This document shows positions 12,752-25,919 of a stretch of 64,000 nucleotides of DNA, in pieces. The DNA lies in the NCBI GenBank assembly GCA_964016885.1, contig OZ024742.1:337466001-337530000 (forward strand), given 5' to 3'. The notes beneath the pieces were generated by a model. It did not search any database, was not told where the DNA came from, and saw only the letters and a program-made list of their open reading frames with translations. Source of the DNA: Eledone cirrhosa (Eukaryota). Every line of letters starts with the position of its first letter. Position 1 is the stretch's first letter. Position numbers and translations under genes: made by a program.

Positions 12752-13386
12752 TAATAATAATAATAATAATTGTTTCTACTTTGGGCACAAGGCCAGCAAT
12801 TTGAAGAAGAAGGGAAAGTCGATTAAATCGGCCCCAGTACATTACTGGTGCTTTATTTTATCGACCCCGTAAGGATGAAAGGCAAAGCTAACCTCGGCGG
12901 GATTTGAACTCAGAACATAAAGGGCCGTAACTCAGTGCTGCGAGGTATGTTGTCTGACGCTCTACCGATTCTGGCAATCCACCGCCCATAAGATAAATAA
13001 TAATTGTTTCTACTTTAGGCACAAGGCCAGCAATTACCCAGTGCATTACTGGTACTTTATTTTATCGACTCCGTAAGGATGAAAGGCAAAGTCAACCTCG
13101 GCGGGATTTGAACTCAGATCATAAAGGGACGTAACTATGCTGTAAAGCATAGTGTCTGACCCTCTACCGATACTGCCAATTCACCAATAATGGTTTCTGA
13201 TTTAGGCACAAGACCAACATGTTTAGAGGAGGGGAAAGTCGATTAAATCGACCTCCGTGCATTACTGGTGCTTTATTTATCGACCCCGTATGGATGAAAG
13301 GCAAAGCTAACCTCGACGAGATTTGAACTCGGATCGTAAAGGGGCGTAACTCTATACTTCAAAGCATGTTGTCCGACGCTCTACTG
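12752..13386 (-). mobile_element. Three tandem tRNA-derived SINEs
   Basis: Three repeats of the SINE body, each with a B box (gatttgaactc on +) and a (TTA)n-type tail. Confidence 0.88.
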
Positions 13387-14760
13387 ATAATAGTAATGAA
13401 TATAAATCGAAGTTATAGCTGCAATGTGGCAGATACCAATCGAATTGTTTGAGGCAATTATATATAAAAAAAAAACGTGTGTATGTGTGGTTTAGAATAG
13501 GTACACCGCATCCATGCAGTTAGTTTCAGGAAGGGCATCTGGCTGTAAAACATTGACTCAAAAAGTCCAGTCCAACCCATGCCAGCATGGCAATATCAAA
13601 AGTTAAAAACGATGATAATATACATGTTATATATTATACAGTGTAAGGTCAACAATGGAAAAGGTGAAAACAAACACAGAGAGCAATTTACAAAAGGTTT
13701 TCTTAGATTAGCTTTTGTGTGAAATGAAAAAAGAAGTGTCCTCTACATATCGGATGTTAGTCTTTCATCAAAAGTGAAATGAGAGTGAGGGAGACATGAG
13801 ACATTAGGAAATGCAGAGAGACAAAAGATTAGATAAAACAAAAAAAAATACAATGGGGTGATCATCAGGAAGTGTGTAAGGAATACAAGGGTGGTGTGGA
13901 CAGGGGTGAAGGGAGCTGTATGGACAGGAGTTGAGTGTATTTATGCCAGCATGAGAGCATGTATACAGTAATGGTAGCAGAGATCCAGGTCTATCTGTGG
14001 TGCTGGTTTGTAATGGCATCCCCCAGTTCAAAGTGAGTCAATCTGTCAGTGTGTGTATACAATATAGACGGTGTTTGGAGTGTATGTGCATGCATTAAAG
14101 TGTATGCACGTCAGATGGTGTGTTGTACGTATTTGTGTGTATTCATGGCTGGAGTGCTTTGATCAGTTATTCCACAGGGTCGATAAAATAAAGTACCAGT
14201 AATGCACTGGGTAATTGCTGGCCTTATGCCTAAAGTAGAAACAATTATTACATTATTCAGTTTCTCTTTAACGCAATAGAGTGTGATTTGATTGCTATTT
14301 TTTATAGGTTTAGGAACTATGTAAAGGATTCACCTTCATATGTTTGTCTGTTTGTTTTTCCCCCACTTAAAATACTATGAGTAAGAATACATAAGGCTAG
14401 ACATTTAGAACACTGGATATAGACAGATTGGCACTTTTCTTTGTGTAAAAGTGAACACTGGACACTGATATGAGATTCTGTCCGCACATAAGATGTTGTT
14501 TAGAATTGACACCAGTTTCAATCTTATTTTGTATATCATTGCACATGCTTTAAAGAAAGTCACTACAGAGATGTATTTTTATAAATATGATATTGCACAT
14601 ATATAGAATTACAGTATTCAGTGTCTCTTGAAAACAATAGGGTAGGGTTTGGCTCATATTTCTAACAGGTTCAACAACCATTTCGAGGATCAACCTTTGT
14701 ATGTATGAATGTGTGTGTGTATCCACACATGACTGGAGAGTATTTGTGTATGTGTCAGTG

Positions 14761-14970
14761 TCTCAATCCATTATACTCTTCTCAATCTGTTATACTCTCA
14801 CCAACACATTATACTCTTCTAAATCAATTATACTCTTCTCAATCAATTATACTCTTCTGAATCCATTATAGCCTTCTCAATCTGTTATACTCACACTAAT
14901 CCACTATACACTTCCCAACCCACTATACTCTTCCCAAACCACTTTATTCTTCCTAATCCATTATACTCTC
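14761..14970. repeat. Degenerate 19-bp minisatellite (TTATACTCTTCTCAATCCA-like, about 11 copies)
   Basis: TTATA(C) recurs at 14771, 14790, 14809, 14828, 14847 and 14866. Confidence 0.85.
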
Positions 14971-15043
14971 CTCCTACAATAAAAACTTGCACAAGACATC
15001 AGTATTCAACCACATTATATTCATGTATTTTTTATTTTTCTAG

Positions 15044-15091
15044 AAAATGGCTCAGATTTTATTTGTTGGAACTCTCATCCTTATGGTATTT
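15044..15091 (+). CDS. TMEM243: TMEM243-like exon 2 (KMAQILFVGTLILMVF)
   Basis: Polypyrimidine tract plus TAG acceptor at 15041-15043, GTAAGT donor at 15092, phase 0/0. Hydrophobic first TM segment. Confidence 0.8.
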
Positions 15092-15654
15092 GTAAGTATT
15101 GCAGGCTTCTTTTTTTTTCTGTCAGTGCTGACATTTATTTTTAACTTTATTTAGTCAAGGAGGGAAGGGAAAAGCTCATGCCCCCCCCCCCCTCTTTTTG
15201 TTGGTGCTTCTCAGATTTGCGGCAGGAAGTTATTCTCAAAGCAGAGACCTAGCTCAATGGCTTGCAACAAACTAGAGATTATTAAGGGTACTCAAGGGCA
15301 ATATGGTGGTGTTAAACCTAGCTACAGATAGAGATGACCATTACAGACAGTTACCTCAGGATAAGACGGTAGTGTTAAACCTGGAAACAGATTAAATCTA
15401 CCCACCAAGAACTCAGAATTCAAAGAACTTGAACAAGTTCTTCAAGACATCTTAACTGATGCTTTATCAACTACACACCACCCACCCCCATCCACTTCCC
15501 TGGACTAGTAATATATTTTATTTACTCTGTGTAAGTGGACAAACTAATACATATATTATATTTATATTAATATTCCAATAATTAGGTTGCACTTTTTATT
15601 TAAATGTAAACTATGAATGAAGTAAGCTATGATTTGTGAGAGACCTACTAACTA

Positions 15655-16009
15655 TTTCTAATATAGATGTGCAATGTAAATGTGAGAGAAAGGCAGAACT
15701 TGGATGAACTGAGAGAGAAGCTCGGTTTAAGAAGAATCTGAGGTAGTGTGTGGGAGTGAAGACTGCATTGGTTTGGACATGTGATGCACATGGATAATGA
15801 TTGATGAATGAAAAAGAACCAGGAAATACCAATGGATGGAAGCTGCAGTAGAAAGACCTGGGCAGAGATGGTGAGAGCTGTCCTCAAATCACTAAGACTC
15901 ACAGAGGTGATGCAAAAAAAATGTGGCAAGTGGAGAGATGCCATGCTGAAAAAGATCTGTACAACCTATGCAAGCCTGGAAAAATGGACGTAAAAAAGAT
16001 GATGATGAT
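15655..16009 (+). mobile_element. Old, degenerate RTE 3' fragment
   Basis: Remnants of RLHWFGHVM, RKTW and KWRDA. gatgatgat tail. Confidence 0.75.
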
Positions 16010-16289
16010 TCTTTAATCATATGAGAAAATGTATGCATTTGTTTGAGAAGAGAGATAAAAATCTTATTTGGCTAAATGATACAGTTTGACTATTGTATCT
16101 GATATCAATTTAATTACTAAACATATATCTCTATAGTAATACATTTTATGCAAAATTCAACATGATATGTGACAGCTGTTTACACACACACAAACACGAA
16201 CACACACACGAAACACACACACACATCATTACCTATGTGCTGACACATAATGAAAATAATAATAATTGTTGGTGTTGTTGTTATTACTC

Positions 16290-17150
16290 TGTCATGTAGT
16301 GCAGATGGATAATGCACCAGGGTATTTAGTTATCTGTCAAATCGCAACAAGGACCTCAGACAGACAATACTTTCTTCAAAATGTGCACAGTACCTAACAA
16401 AGCCACCTTTTGTATGACACCCAACCTGTATAGTATTCCCAGTTGCTTTAAGAAGTTTCAATGAGATTGACCCTAATACACCGATCACAACTGGTATCAC
16501 TTTCACATTACCCTCTCTCATTCTAAACAGTCTAACCATCTCTACTTTCAATTCAGAGTACTTGGTGATTTTTCCAATCTCCTTACTTGCAATATTCGTG
16601 TCATTTGGTAAGGCCACGTCGATGATCTAACAGTATTTGTCTTTCTTGTTCAATAAGACAATGTCTCGTTGGTGATGCTTAATTATTCTATCAGTTTGAA
16701 AGTCATAATCCCAGAATATCCTGGCTTTCCCATCCTCCTGCATTACTTTAGAAGACACATGCTCATACCAATTCTGTATAACTTCATATTGGTATTTACG
16801 ACACAAAAGCCAACGATGGTATAGACACACTTTATCATGGCGGCACTTGTATTCTTTTTGTGCAAGGCTCTCACAGCCACTTACCAAGTGGGCCACATTC
16901 TTTCCACAGAGTCTACATTTCTTTGTAGATGTTATATTTCACCGAATTGGTAGCAAGAGCTTGGTCTTCTGCTGCAACTATAAGGCTTTCAGTGACACAT
17001 TTCAAATCTTGCTTAAGCCATGTCCATGGTGTTGTTTTATCTTTGATATTCTGTATATTTCTCTCAAACTGACCATACATTCCCATTCCAAGAAGAAATT
17101 TTCTTTTCTCTTCTGCTCTTTGGTTAAACTCTTCCTTTCCAACCATTTTG
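16290..17150 (-). mobile_element. R4/Dong-like non-LTR retrotransposon fragment (CCHC knuckle plus restriction-like endonuclease), degenerate
   Basis: ESLIVAAEDQAL.T, HLVSGC...RHDKV, FWDYDFQTDRII..DIV, KITKY and VIPVVIG are typical of RLE-type elements. Confidence 0.85.
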
Positions 17151-17285
17151 TTTTTGTTTCCTTTTTTTTTTTTTTACACGCAGAAACCCATATTTGTACT
17201 ATCCTGTACCGTTCTGTGCTCCCCTTAATGTATTTTTTGTAAAACCTTTGTGGTTAATAAAGAAAACATTATTATTATTGTTATT

Positions 17286-17697
17286 TGGCACTGGATTGGC
17301 AGAATCGGTAGAGCGTCGGACAACATGTTTAGCAACATAGAGTTACTGCCCTTTACGATCTGAGTTCAAATCGCGCCAAGGTTAACTTTGCCTTTCATCC
17401 TTATGGGGTTGATAAAATAAAGCATCAGTAATGCACTAGGGTTGATTTAATCGACTTTCCCCTCCCCATTAAATTGCTGGCCTTGTGCCTATAGTAGAAA
17501 TCATTATGATTGGCAGTATCGGTAGAGGGTCGGACGCCATGCTTTCCAGTATAGTTACGTCCCTTTACGATCTGAGTTCAAATCCTGCCGAGGTTGACTT
17601 TGCCTTTCATCCTTACGGGGGTCGATAAAATAAAGTACCAGTAATGCACTGGGTAATTGCTGGCCTTGTGCCTAAAGTAGAAACAATTATTATTATA
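17286..17697 (+). mobile_element. Two tandem tRNA-derived SINEs
   Basis: A box TGGCAGAATCGG / TGGCAGTATCGG, B box GAGTTCAAATC, and an ATTATT tail. Confidence 0.88.
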
Positions 17698-18238
17698 ATT
17701 ATATTAATGTCTTGTTTTTTTCCTGAAAGTAATCTTTCCGTTACCATTATTTCAACTTGAACATTTTTGATTTTGCAATGGATTGGTCCTCAAATCCATA
17801 CTTCTGCCTGTGTCGTTGCAGTATATATTGTTTTTTATTCTCAGGCCAGCCTTGATCCTGCACACTTAGCAACAAAGGCCTTTCACTCACCACCATCATG
17901 TAATTTTCTTTACAGGCAATGAGTATCTCAGACCACATTATTTAATGTGCTCCTCCTTTTAAAACAGTGAGATAACTACAATTTGGCTGCTATTTCTAGC
18001 AGATTGAGGGTGTCACATAAAAGCTCTCTAACTGACATGATGGGATATATTTTACATATGTGATCGAGAGGGCTTCCAGCTGTAAAAAATCTGCCGAAGA
18101 AAGGATCGAGCGGACTCTTCAGCTATGTGAAAGACATGACAGATTCTTTAGTGCTGGTGCCATAATAAAATGTACTCTGTAGACTGTGGGATCTTATGTT
18201 AGGCTCCCCAGCCCATCAACACAATCGATAGAGGACAG

Positions 18239-18561
18239 CAGAGGTTCTCAACCCCCCCCCCCCCCCTCACGGCCATGTAATACCTTCAGCACCCCCACCC
18301 CTATTTCCAGAGAGACCTACCTATACCCAAATTATAAATAATTTCATAAATAAAATCATGAATTTATATATAATATATACTATGTATAAATAAATATTAT
18401 ATATTTTTTATTTTGTATATATAGTATGTATCATTTGATATTTAATATACTCATATATCATCTCTACTGTCCCCACTCCACTCCCCACCCTCTTATGCCC
18501 CAGCACCTTCTCAATCCCCCCACCCCCCAGGAGGCAGTAATGCCCACTTTGAGAACCTCTG
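18239..18561. mobile_element. hAT-family MITE
   Basis: 13-bp TIRs CAGAGGTTCTCAA / TTGAGAACCTCTG. 8-bp TSD GAGGACAG / GAGTACAG with one mismatch. Confidence 0.85.
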
Positions 18562-18723
18562 GAGTACAGGAACATATGTAAGCAGGATGTGTGCCCCCAG
18601 CCCACATGAAGGCTGGAAGTTCCACTTTGGTACTGACACAGTTTGTGACATGTTCAACCATTGCTAGCAAGGAAAATGGACATTAAATGATAATGAGGAT
18701 GGTAATGTGCTCTCTACTTCCAG

Positions 18724-18834
18724 GTCACTATATCACTGAGTATTTACCAAGGTGTTCATCAACAGAGAAATGGAGCTCTACATTTTATGCTGGGACTATC
18801 TCTCATTGGATTTGTTATCATAGAGCTTATGATG
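18724..18834 (+). CDS. TMEM243: TMEM243-like exon 3 (VTISLSIYQGVHQQRNGALHFMLGLSLIGFVIIELMM)
   Basis: ctctacttccag acceptor, GTAAGT donor at 18835, 111 nt, phase 0/0. Starts VTI, comparable to the VTLISAF segment of vertebrate TMEM243 as recalled. Confidence 0.8.
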
Positions 18835-19127
18835 GTAAGTTCTGTTCTGTAAATATAATGGAAAGAAAGTTGTTGTAGCTGTTGTTATTGTTTCTATACT
18901 AGTCAAATCCATTCCAGCTATGAACAACAATTTACTCTTTCTTATATATCAGTGACTACATTATCCAAGGTGTTTTTCCTTTTTTAAGATGTTAGGGTGT
19001 GCTTTGAGAGAGGTGTATACTACTAGCAAATGAAGCCATGGTCTAGAAACTTCCTATTAGGCTCTGAGTACTGCTGAGGAGGGGTAAACTACCAGTAAAA
19101 TCTGCGACACAGCTTCACTTTTTGTCA

Positions 19128-20540
19128 AAAATGGCTTCTGTCAAGCTAACAGAGAAAAAAATGGCTTCTGTGAAGCTAACAGAAAAAATGACTTCTGTCA
19201 AGCTAACAGAGAAAAAATGGCTTCTACCAAATTAACACAAAGGAAATGACTTCTATCAAACTAATATAGAGAAAATAGCTTCTATCAAACTAATACAGAG
19301 GAAATGGCTTCTGTCAAGCTAATATGGAGAAAATGGCTTCTGACAAGCTAATACAGAGAAAATGACTTCTGTTAAACTAATACAGAGGAAATGACTTCTG
19401 TTAAACTAATACAGAGGAAATGACTTCTGTTAAACTAATACAGGGAAAATGGCTTCTGACAAGCTAATACAGGGAAAATGACTTCTGTTAAACTAATACA
19501 GGGAAAATGGCTTCTGTCAAGCTAATACAGGGAAAATGACTTCTGTTAAACTAATACAGAGGAAATGACTTCTGTTAAACTAATACAGGGAAAATGACTT
19601 CTGTCAAACTAATACAGAGGAAATGGCTTCTGTCAAGCTAATATGGAGAAAATGGCTTCTGACAAGCTAATACAGAGAAAATGACTTCTGTTAAACTAAT
19701 ACAGAGGAAATGACTTCTGTTAAACTAATACAGAGGAAATGACTTCTGTTAAACTAATACAGGGAAAATGGCTTCTGTCAAGCTAATACAGGGAAAAGGA
19801 CTTCTATCAAGCTAATACAGAGAAAATGACTTCTGTTAAACTAATACAGAGGAAATGACTTCTGTTAAACTAATACAGGGAAAATGACTTCTGTCAAACT
19901 AATACAGAGGAAATGGCTTCTGTCAAGCTAATACAGAGAAAATGACTTCTGACAAGCTAATACAGAGAAAATGACTTCTGTTAAACTAATACAGAGGAAA
20001 TGACTTCTGTTAAACTAATACAGAGGAAATGGCTTCTGACAAGCTAATACAGGGAAAATGACTTCTGACAAGCTAATACAGGGAAAATGACTTCTGACAA
20101 GCTAATACAGGGAAAATGACTTCTGTCAAGCTAATACAGGGAAAATGACTTCTGTCAAACTAATACAGAGGAAATGACTTCTGTTAAACTAATACAGGGA
20201 AAATGACTTCTGTCAAGCTAATACAGGGAAAATGACTTCTGTTAAACTAATACAGAGGAAATGGCTTCTGACAAGCTAATACAGGGAAAATGACTTCTGT
20301 CAAACTAATACAGAGGAAATGGCTTCTGTCAAGCTAATACAGAGGAAATGGCTTCTATCAAGCTAATACAGAGAAAATTACTTCTATCAAGCTAATACAG
20401 ACTTCTGTTAAACTAATACAGGGAAAACGGCTTCTGTCAAGCTAATACAGAGGAAATGACTTCTGTCAAGCTAATACAGAGGAAATGACTTCTGTCAAGC
20501 TAATACAGAGGAAATGACTTCTGTCAAGCTAATATGGAGG
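19128..20540. repeat. 29-bp minisatellite (about 48 copies; AAATGACTTCTGTTAAACTAATACAGAGG) in TMEM243-like intron 3
   Basis: Direct tandem periodicity with a degenerate left edge. Confidence 0.97.
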
Positions 20541-20741
20541 AAAACAAAGACAACAATGGTGACCTCTTTACTCTTCATATATGATACAATATTTTTATAT
20601 TCACAAGAAAGTATGGTCTTGCATTCAAGTATTGGAGAAAGGTGTATTGCAGCCAAGGATAGAATATATAGTGTGGAGTAGGAATAAATCTCCTGGGTTT
20701 ACAGGGCTAACACTATAAAATTGATGAGTGTGGAGTAATAA

Positions 20742-20870
20742 TTATTTCTAATATTGGCACAAGGCCAGCAAAGTTAACCTCGGCGGGATTTGAACTCAGA
20801 ATGGCAAGGGCCGTAACTCTATGCGTCAAAGCATAGCATCCGACCCTCTACCGATACTGCCAATGCACCA
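20742..20870 (-). mobile_element. Internally deleted tRNA-derived SINE
   Basis: SINE head and tail are joined and the central body is missing. Confidence 0.75.
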
Positions 20871-21674
20871 GCTTTTCTGGAGTGTGGAGTAATAATGATA
20901 CCCCCATGTTACAACTTTAAAACTGATGAATGTAGAGTTAAACTCTTTGTGTGAGGTGAAATCCTTGTAGCTATCTTGCCCCTAGATATTCCAAAGATTA
21001 AAAGCAGTGAATTGACATGATTGTTAGAACATCAAATAGAATGCCTTACAGTATTCATTCTGGCTCGCTGTGATTTTTTAGTTCAAAACCTGCTGAAGTT
21101 AACTTTACCTTTCATTCTTTCGAGTTTGATAAAAAAAGGTACCAGTCGAGTACTATATCTCTTTCTCACTTCCTCTCTTTCACTCCTTCTCTGGAAGAAA
21201 TTGTCTGGAGAGGAGATGACCTCCACTGGTTTCAAAATTCCCAAGATACAGTGTAGGTCATTATGGCACCCCTATGACTCCATCATGAGTTACAGATCCT
21301 CACATACATACTTTACATTATACAGGAAGAGGAACTTTTTAGTGGTACTGCTACAATTTAATAGGCTTATGGGAATCATGGTGCAATGTTTAAGACAATG
21401 TTTTAGAAAAAGAATAACATTGATGAAACAAAGATAATCAGATTCGAATGAAAGTTGTTGAGTTTAGCACCATGTCAGCCCTGGTCAACAGCATTCCTGT
21501 TATGATCATCTCACCTCTTCTCCGTGTTTTTCTATGACTAGTGTATACATTTTAGATTTGGCTGCTGTTTCTAGTAGCTTTAGTGCTCATATAGTAGCCA
21601 TTTCTTTTTGAGTAAAAGTAAATCACAGCATTGAAGTTTTGAAGTACAGTGGGAAAGGAAACAAACCTATAAAC

Positions 21675-21865
21675 ACCATGAAAAAATGTTTCTGAAAGTC
21701 ATGGGAGCTATGCTATTTTCTGACTTTGTAGACATGCCAACGGGTGTTAGACACATGGAATTCAAAAAGGTGCTCAGGGTTGTTGTTGGCAAGATGGTTA
21801 ATAATTTTGTGGGTGTTTACCAAGTCAATTGCCAGACATCGGAGCTTTAATGTATCCATGCCCAG
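21675..21865 (-). mobile_element. Short CR1/L2-type LINE 3' fragment
   Basis: Matches 23068-23250. Confidence 0.8.
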
Positions 21866-22262
21866 TGTTATGTGTGTCTTTGTGTCTGACTATTTTTAAT
21901 TGTCCTCTTAGTGGGTTGACAAAAAGAGATTGATAAAATAAGAGACTTATAAAATAAATAGTGGGATTGATATAATTGACTAAATCCCCTGTAGTCAGTG
22001 CTCCATTTTGCGTCTGTCTGCCTTTGTTTATGTCATGTAACATAGCAGTTCAGCAAAGAGAGTTTGATAAAATAAGTTACAAACTTATAAAAGAAATAAT
22101 GGGTAGATTGGGCCCCAGTATGGCCACAGTCCAATGGATTAAAACCAGTAAAAATGTAAAAACGTACAAAAATATAATCCACAGGACTTCAGATTAATTT
22201 ATAATTTCACCTACAAGATTTTAGAATAAATTGTGATTACTCACTTGTAATTTATTTTGTAG

Positions 22263-22376
22263 GTAAATTTCATCCGAAAAGGTCATCTTTCAAGAGAGAA
22301 AACCTGGTTCCTCTATTTTGTTGGTGGATGTGTCTTTCTTGAAGCTATTTTCACTGATGTGTTACTTTTTCATTAA
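22263..22376 (+). CDS. TMEM243: TMEM243-like terminal exon 4 (VNFIRKGHLSREKTWFLYFVGGCVFLEAIFTDVLLFH*)
   Basis: ttttgtag acceptor, open to TAA at 22374-22376. RKGHL resembles the TMEM243 RQGDL motif and is followed by a TM helix ending in FH. The spliced product is 120 aa. Confidence 0.8.
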   Translation, partial: VNFIRKGHLSREKTWFLYFVGGCVFLEAIFTDVLLFH

Positions 22377-22393
22377 AATCTTTCTCCATTTAA

Positions 22394-22598
22394 CCCTTTA
22401 GCATTTAAACCGGCCATATCTGGCCAGAATTCTCTTAACTCTTTCTGTTCAAATCGGCCATAACTGGACACTCATACTGACATTAAGATATTGTTTTCAA
22501 AATAAATAACATCATCAAAATCTTGTAGATTCCATATTATGTGAGATAAAGCCTTTACCATGAAAATATAATAGTAGAATAATATAAATGCTAAAGGG
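22394..22598. mobile_element. TTAA-flanked MITE (piggyBac-like ends)
   Basis: TIRs CCCTTTAGCATTT / AAATGCTAAAGGG with TTAA / TTAG flanks. A homologous copy lies at 37290-37497. Confidence 0.8.
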
Positions 22599-22849
22599 TT
22601 AGAGAAAGGTGTTACCAACCAGCTTCGTTCTCTATAGACTTTACAGAATAGCTGAGACGTAATAGATAAACTTGTTTAACAAATCAATTCTATCTACTTT
22701 TTCTAATGAAATGTCTTTCACTTGAACAGTATCTTCATAAATATCATTTCATTATCATAACCAATTCCAATATTTATTCATAATTAAAGTTAATAAAAAG
22801 ACTAATTAAATGTTTGTTATTTTGTTTCTTGTACTCTCGGGTCCCAAGT

Positions 22850-24217
22850 AATAATAATGAAATTATTGTGTAAAGTGCTCAGGTGCACTACAACTCGTCA
22901 AGAAAGTACATAGAATAATACACAAATGTCAGGGAAGTACATGTGTGTATGTGTTAGCTGTAGTGTTGGCGGATCTCGGGAAGCATGGAGGCCTTAAAGG
23001 ATGCAGTGTCTCGACAGCTAACAACTGATGCAGGTAGTTTGTTCCATGCTTCAGCAACTCTGAGCGTGAAAAAATGTTTCCGAAAGTCATGGGAACTGTG
23101 CTGTTTTCTTTGTGGGCATGTCCACGTGTGTTAGACACATGGAAATCGAAAAGGCACTCAGGGTTGTTGTTGGCAACATGGTTAACAATTTTGTGGGTGT
23201 TTACCAAGTCAGTTGCCAGGCGTCGGAGCTTCAATGAATCCATGCCCAGGGAAGCAAGGCGCTCAGAGTATGGTAGATGCCTGATGGAGGGTATTCGCTT
23301 GGTTGCACGTCTCTGAACAGTTTCCAGGCGGTCAATGTCCTGAGCAAGATAGGGGTTCCAGACTGGTGATGCAAATTCTAAGTGTGGTCGCACCATAGCT
23401 GTATACAGCCTTAAATAGATATCTGGAGAGCGGCTGACAAAGGTCTTGCTGAGTGATGCTAAGACACCCTCGGCCCTCTTGACAATTTTAGAGACATGCC
23501 TCATCCAACGCAAATCGCTGCTGACCGTAATGCCCAGGTCACATTCACAGGAAGACTTCTTGATATTAGTGCTGTGGAGGGAGTATGTGGACGCTGGGTT
23601 TTTACTCCCAAAATGCATGGTGGTGCACTTGTCCACAGCTAGCTTGAGTTGCCAGTCTGAGATCCACTGTTGCATTGTGTCCAGGTCAGACTGCAAGCAA
23701 GATCTATAGTGTTCAGGATCTGTCCTTTTTATCTCAAGGTACAGCTTGATGTCGTCTGCGTACTTTAGTACTGTGGCATTCCTTAAGTTGGCATCTATGT
23801 CATTAATATATGCCACAAACAAAAGGGGGCCAAGAACAGATCCCTGAGGTACACCAGATGACATCTCATATGGTGAGGAATGCTGTCCCAGAACCGTGAC
23901 TACCTCTCTTCGACTGAGAATGAAGGACTTCAACCAGTTAAAAAGATCATCCTTCACACCCATTGCAGAGAGTTTTGCCATAAGCCTTTTGTGTGGCACA
24001 GAATTGAAGGCCTTCGCAAAGTCAAGGTAAACAACATCCACCCATGAGCCGCCATCAGTGATCCGGGTGATGTCCTCAAGAAACTCTATAAGTTGATCAC
24101 AGCAGCTGGAGTTGGGGATAAATCCAAATTGCGAGGGCCGGATAAGACTGTGAGAGCTCCAGAAGTTCCAAAGTGTTTCTCTGACACAGGATTCCATCAG
24201 TTTGGCGATGCAACTAG
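22850..24217 (-). mobile_element. CR1/L2-type LINE, 5'-truncated, with a long intact RT frame (YADD)
   Basis: The 422-aa ORF contains YLDFAKAF, GVPQGSVLGP and YADD. (TTA)n tail at 22850. Confidence 0.93.
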
Positions 24218-24934
24218 TAATAGGAGAGGTAGGAATAAGTGGGGGTTAGGGTGGAAAATCAGTAATTTTTCTAGGTTGTCTCCATCAATTAGTTATTTAA
24301 TTTACATATTGAGACCCCAACCCATCCTATTTATTTTATAACGTAAGGGATTTCTAGTAATGTCCTTTATTTGTCATGTGTAATGTTTTTTAATGTATAA
24401 ATAAAATTAATTGTTGTAGGAATAAACTTAAAATAAAATTTCACCAGAGATAGATTAGCAAAATTTAATAATAACTTCAGTATAACCCATTTATCTCATG
24501 CAAAGAATAGAAAATAGATGTTTGAAGGGTATTATGATAAGTGGAGAAATGCTGTACTGGAGAAAAATGAATGAAAAAACAACGATGATGATGGTACACA
24601 GTTATAACAATTAAACATTTTCAATCTAACTACTGTATTATATACACACCCACCTAATAAACTATTTCTAAATCAACAATTGTGACACATTCTAGAATTC
24701 CTTCATATCTATTCCAATCTCTAGTTCAAATTACATTCATATTTATTTGAAAGGTCAGGAAAATTCTATTAAAGTATTACTTCATCACCAAGTGATTCAT
24801 TAACTCTTATCAAAAGATACCAATCCACCTATAAAACTGCCCAGGATTTATGATACAAAACTGCTCATTTTAAAGTATTTATACTTCACTTATATTAAAG
24901 TCTTCTTCTTTGCTTACTTATTCCTGAGAGGGTC

Positions 24935-25505
24935 ATGGGGGCAGAGTCCTCAAACACTCCTTCCAGTAGGTCCTGTCAGAAGCAACTGTCTCCAACTGGA
25001 TCCCCAAGCATAACCAGCCAAGCTCATGGATGTTATCCAACCAACTTGCTCAGGGTCTACCCCTTAGTCTATTGCCGGTCGGTTTTGCCCATAAACTATG
25101 TCCAGCAATTCATTCCTGAGACATTCTAACCACATGCCCATAATATCAGAGCTGTGATCTCTCAATTGGGAGAAGTAGTGGCTCTATCTGGAGTGACTCT
25201 GATTTCTAAGCTACGCACTTTATTGAGTAACATTACTCCAAAGACCCTTCGGAGGAACCCCATTTCGGCCACTTGTATTCGTGATCGTATTCTTCCAGTC
25301 ATTACCCAAGATTCATAAGGGTTGGCATGAATACCGAAGTGAAGATGAGTTTGGCTTTTACACCTACCTCCCTTCTGATTACCAAATACTGAAGCTGGTG
25401 CGTTACTGCACCAGCTCCTGCAATTCTTGCACTTAATTCAGCTTCCTGCCTTCCATCACTCGTGAACACGGCCCCGAGATTCTTTAACTTCTCTACCTGC
25501 TTCAG
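24935..25505 (-). mobile_element. Degenerate RTE-clade LINE fragment of a second family
   Basis: KQVEKLKNLGAVFTSDGRQEAELSARI; remnants of LRxYGHVVRM and RPxGRP on the minus strand. Confidence 0.75.
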
Positions 25506-25528
25506 TGGGTCTCTGTTGTAGTTAGTCA

Positions 25529-25705
25529 ATAAACAATGGATGTGTGTTGCAGCTAACTCGTTAAACAATGGAACCGTGTTGCGACTAGCCATTAAACAAT
25601 GGAACCGTGTTGCGACTAGCCATTAAACAATGGAACCGTGTTGCGGCTAGCCATTAAACAATGGAACCGTGTTGCGGCTAGCCATTAAACAATGGATCTG
25701 TGTTG
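25529..25705. repeat. 31-bp tandem repeat (TTAAACAATGGAACCGTGTTGCGACTAGCCA, about 5 copies)
   Basis: Direct tandem copies with degenerate first and last units. Confidence 0.92.
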
Positions 25706-25919
25706 TCTTGAATTTGGTCTGACTACTTGCATGTTATATGTCTGCTTGGTCAAAGATGACTTGGGATGTATACAGTATGCCTTTAGACATGTAATATGGA
25801 AAAGAAAAACATGTATATAGAGTTTTTCAACCATACCACATTTATTGGTTATGTATGGGAAGGAAATTTTAAAGAAATACTTCTTTTTACCATAAACATT
25901 TTGAACTCTTGTTTGCATT

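Noticed and set aside
18687-18878. 63-aa ORF as a standalone gene
   Set aside because: It overlaps TMEM243-like exon 3 in a different frame; the spliced frame is better supported.
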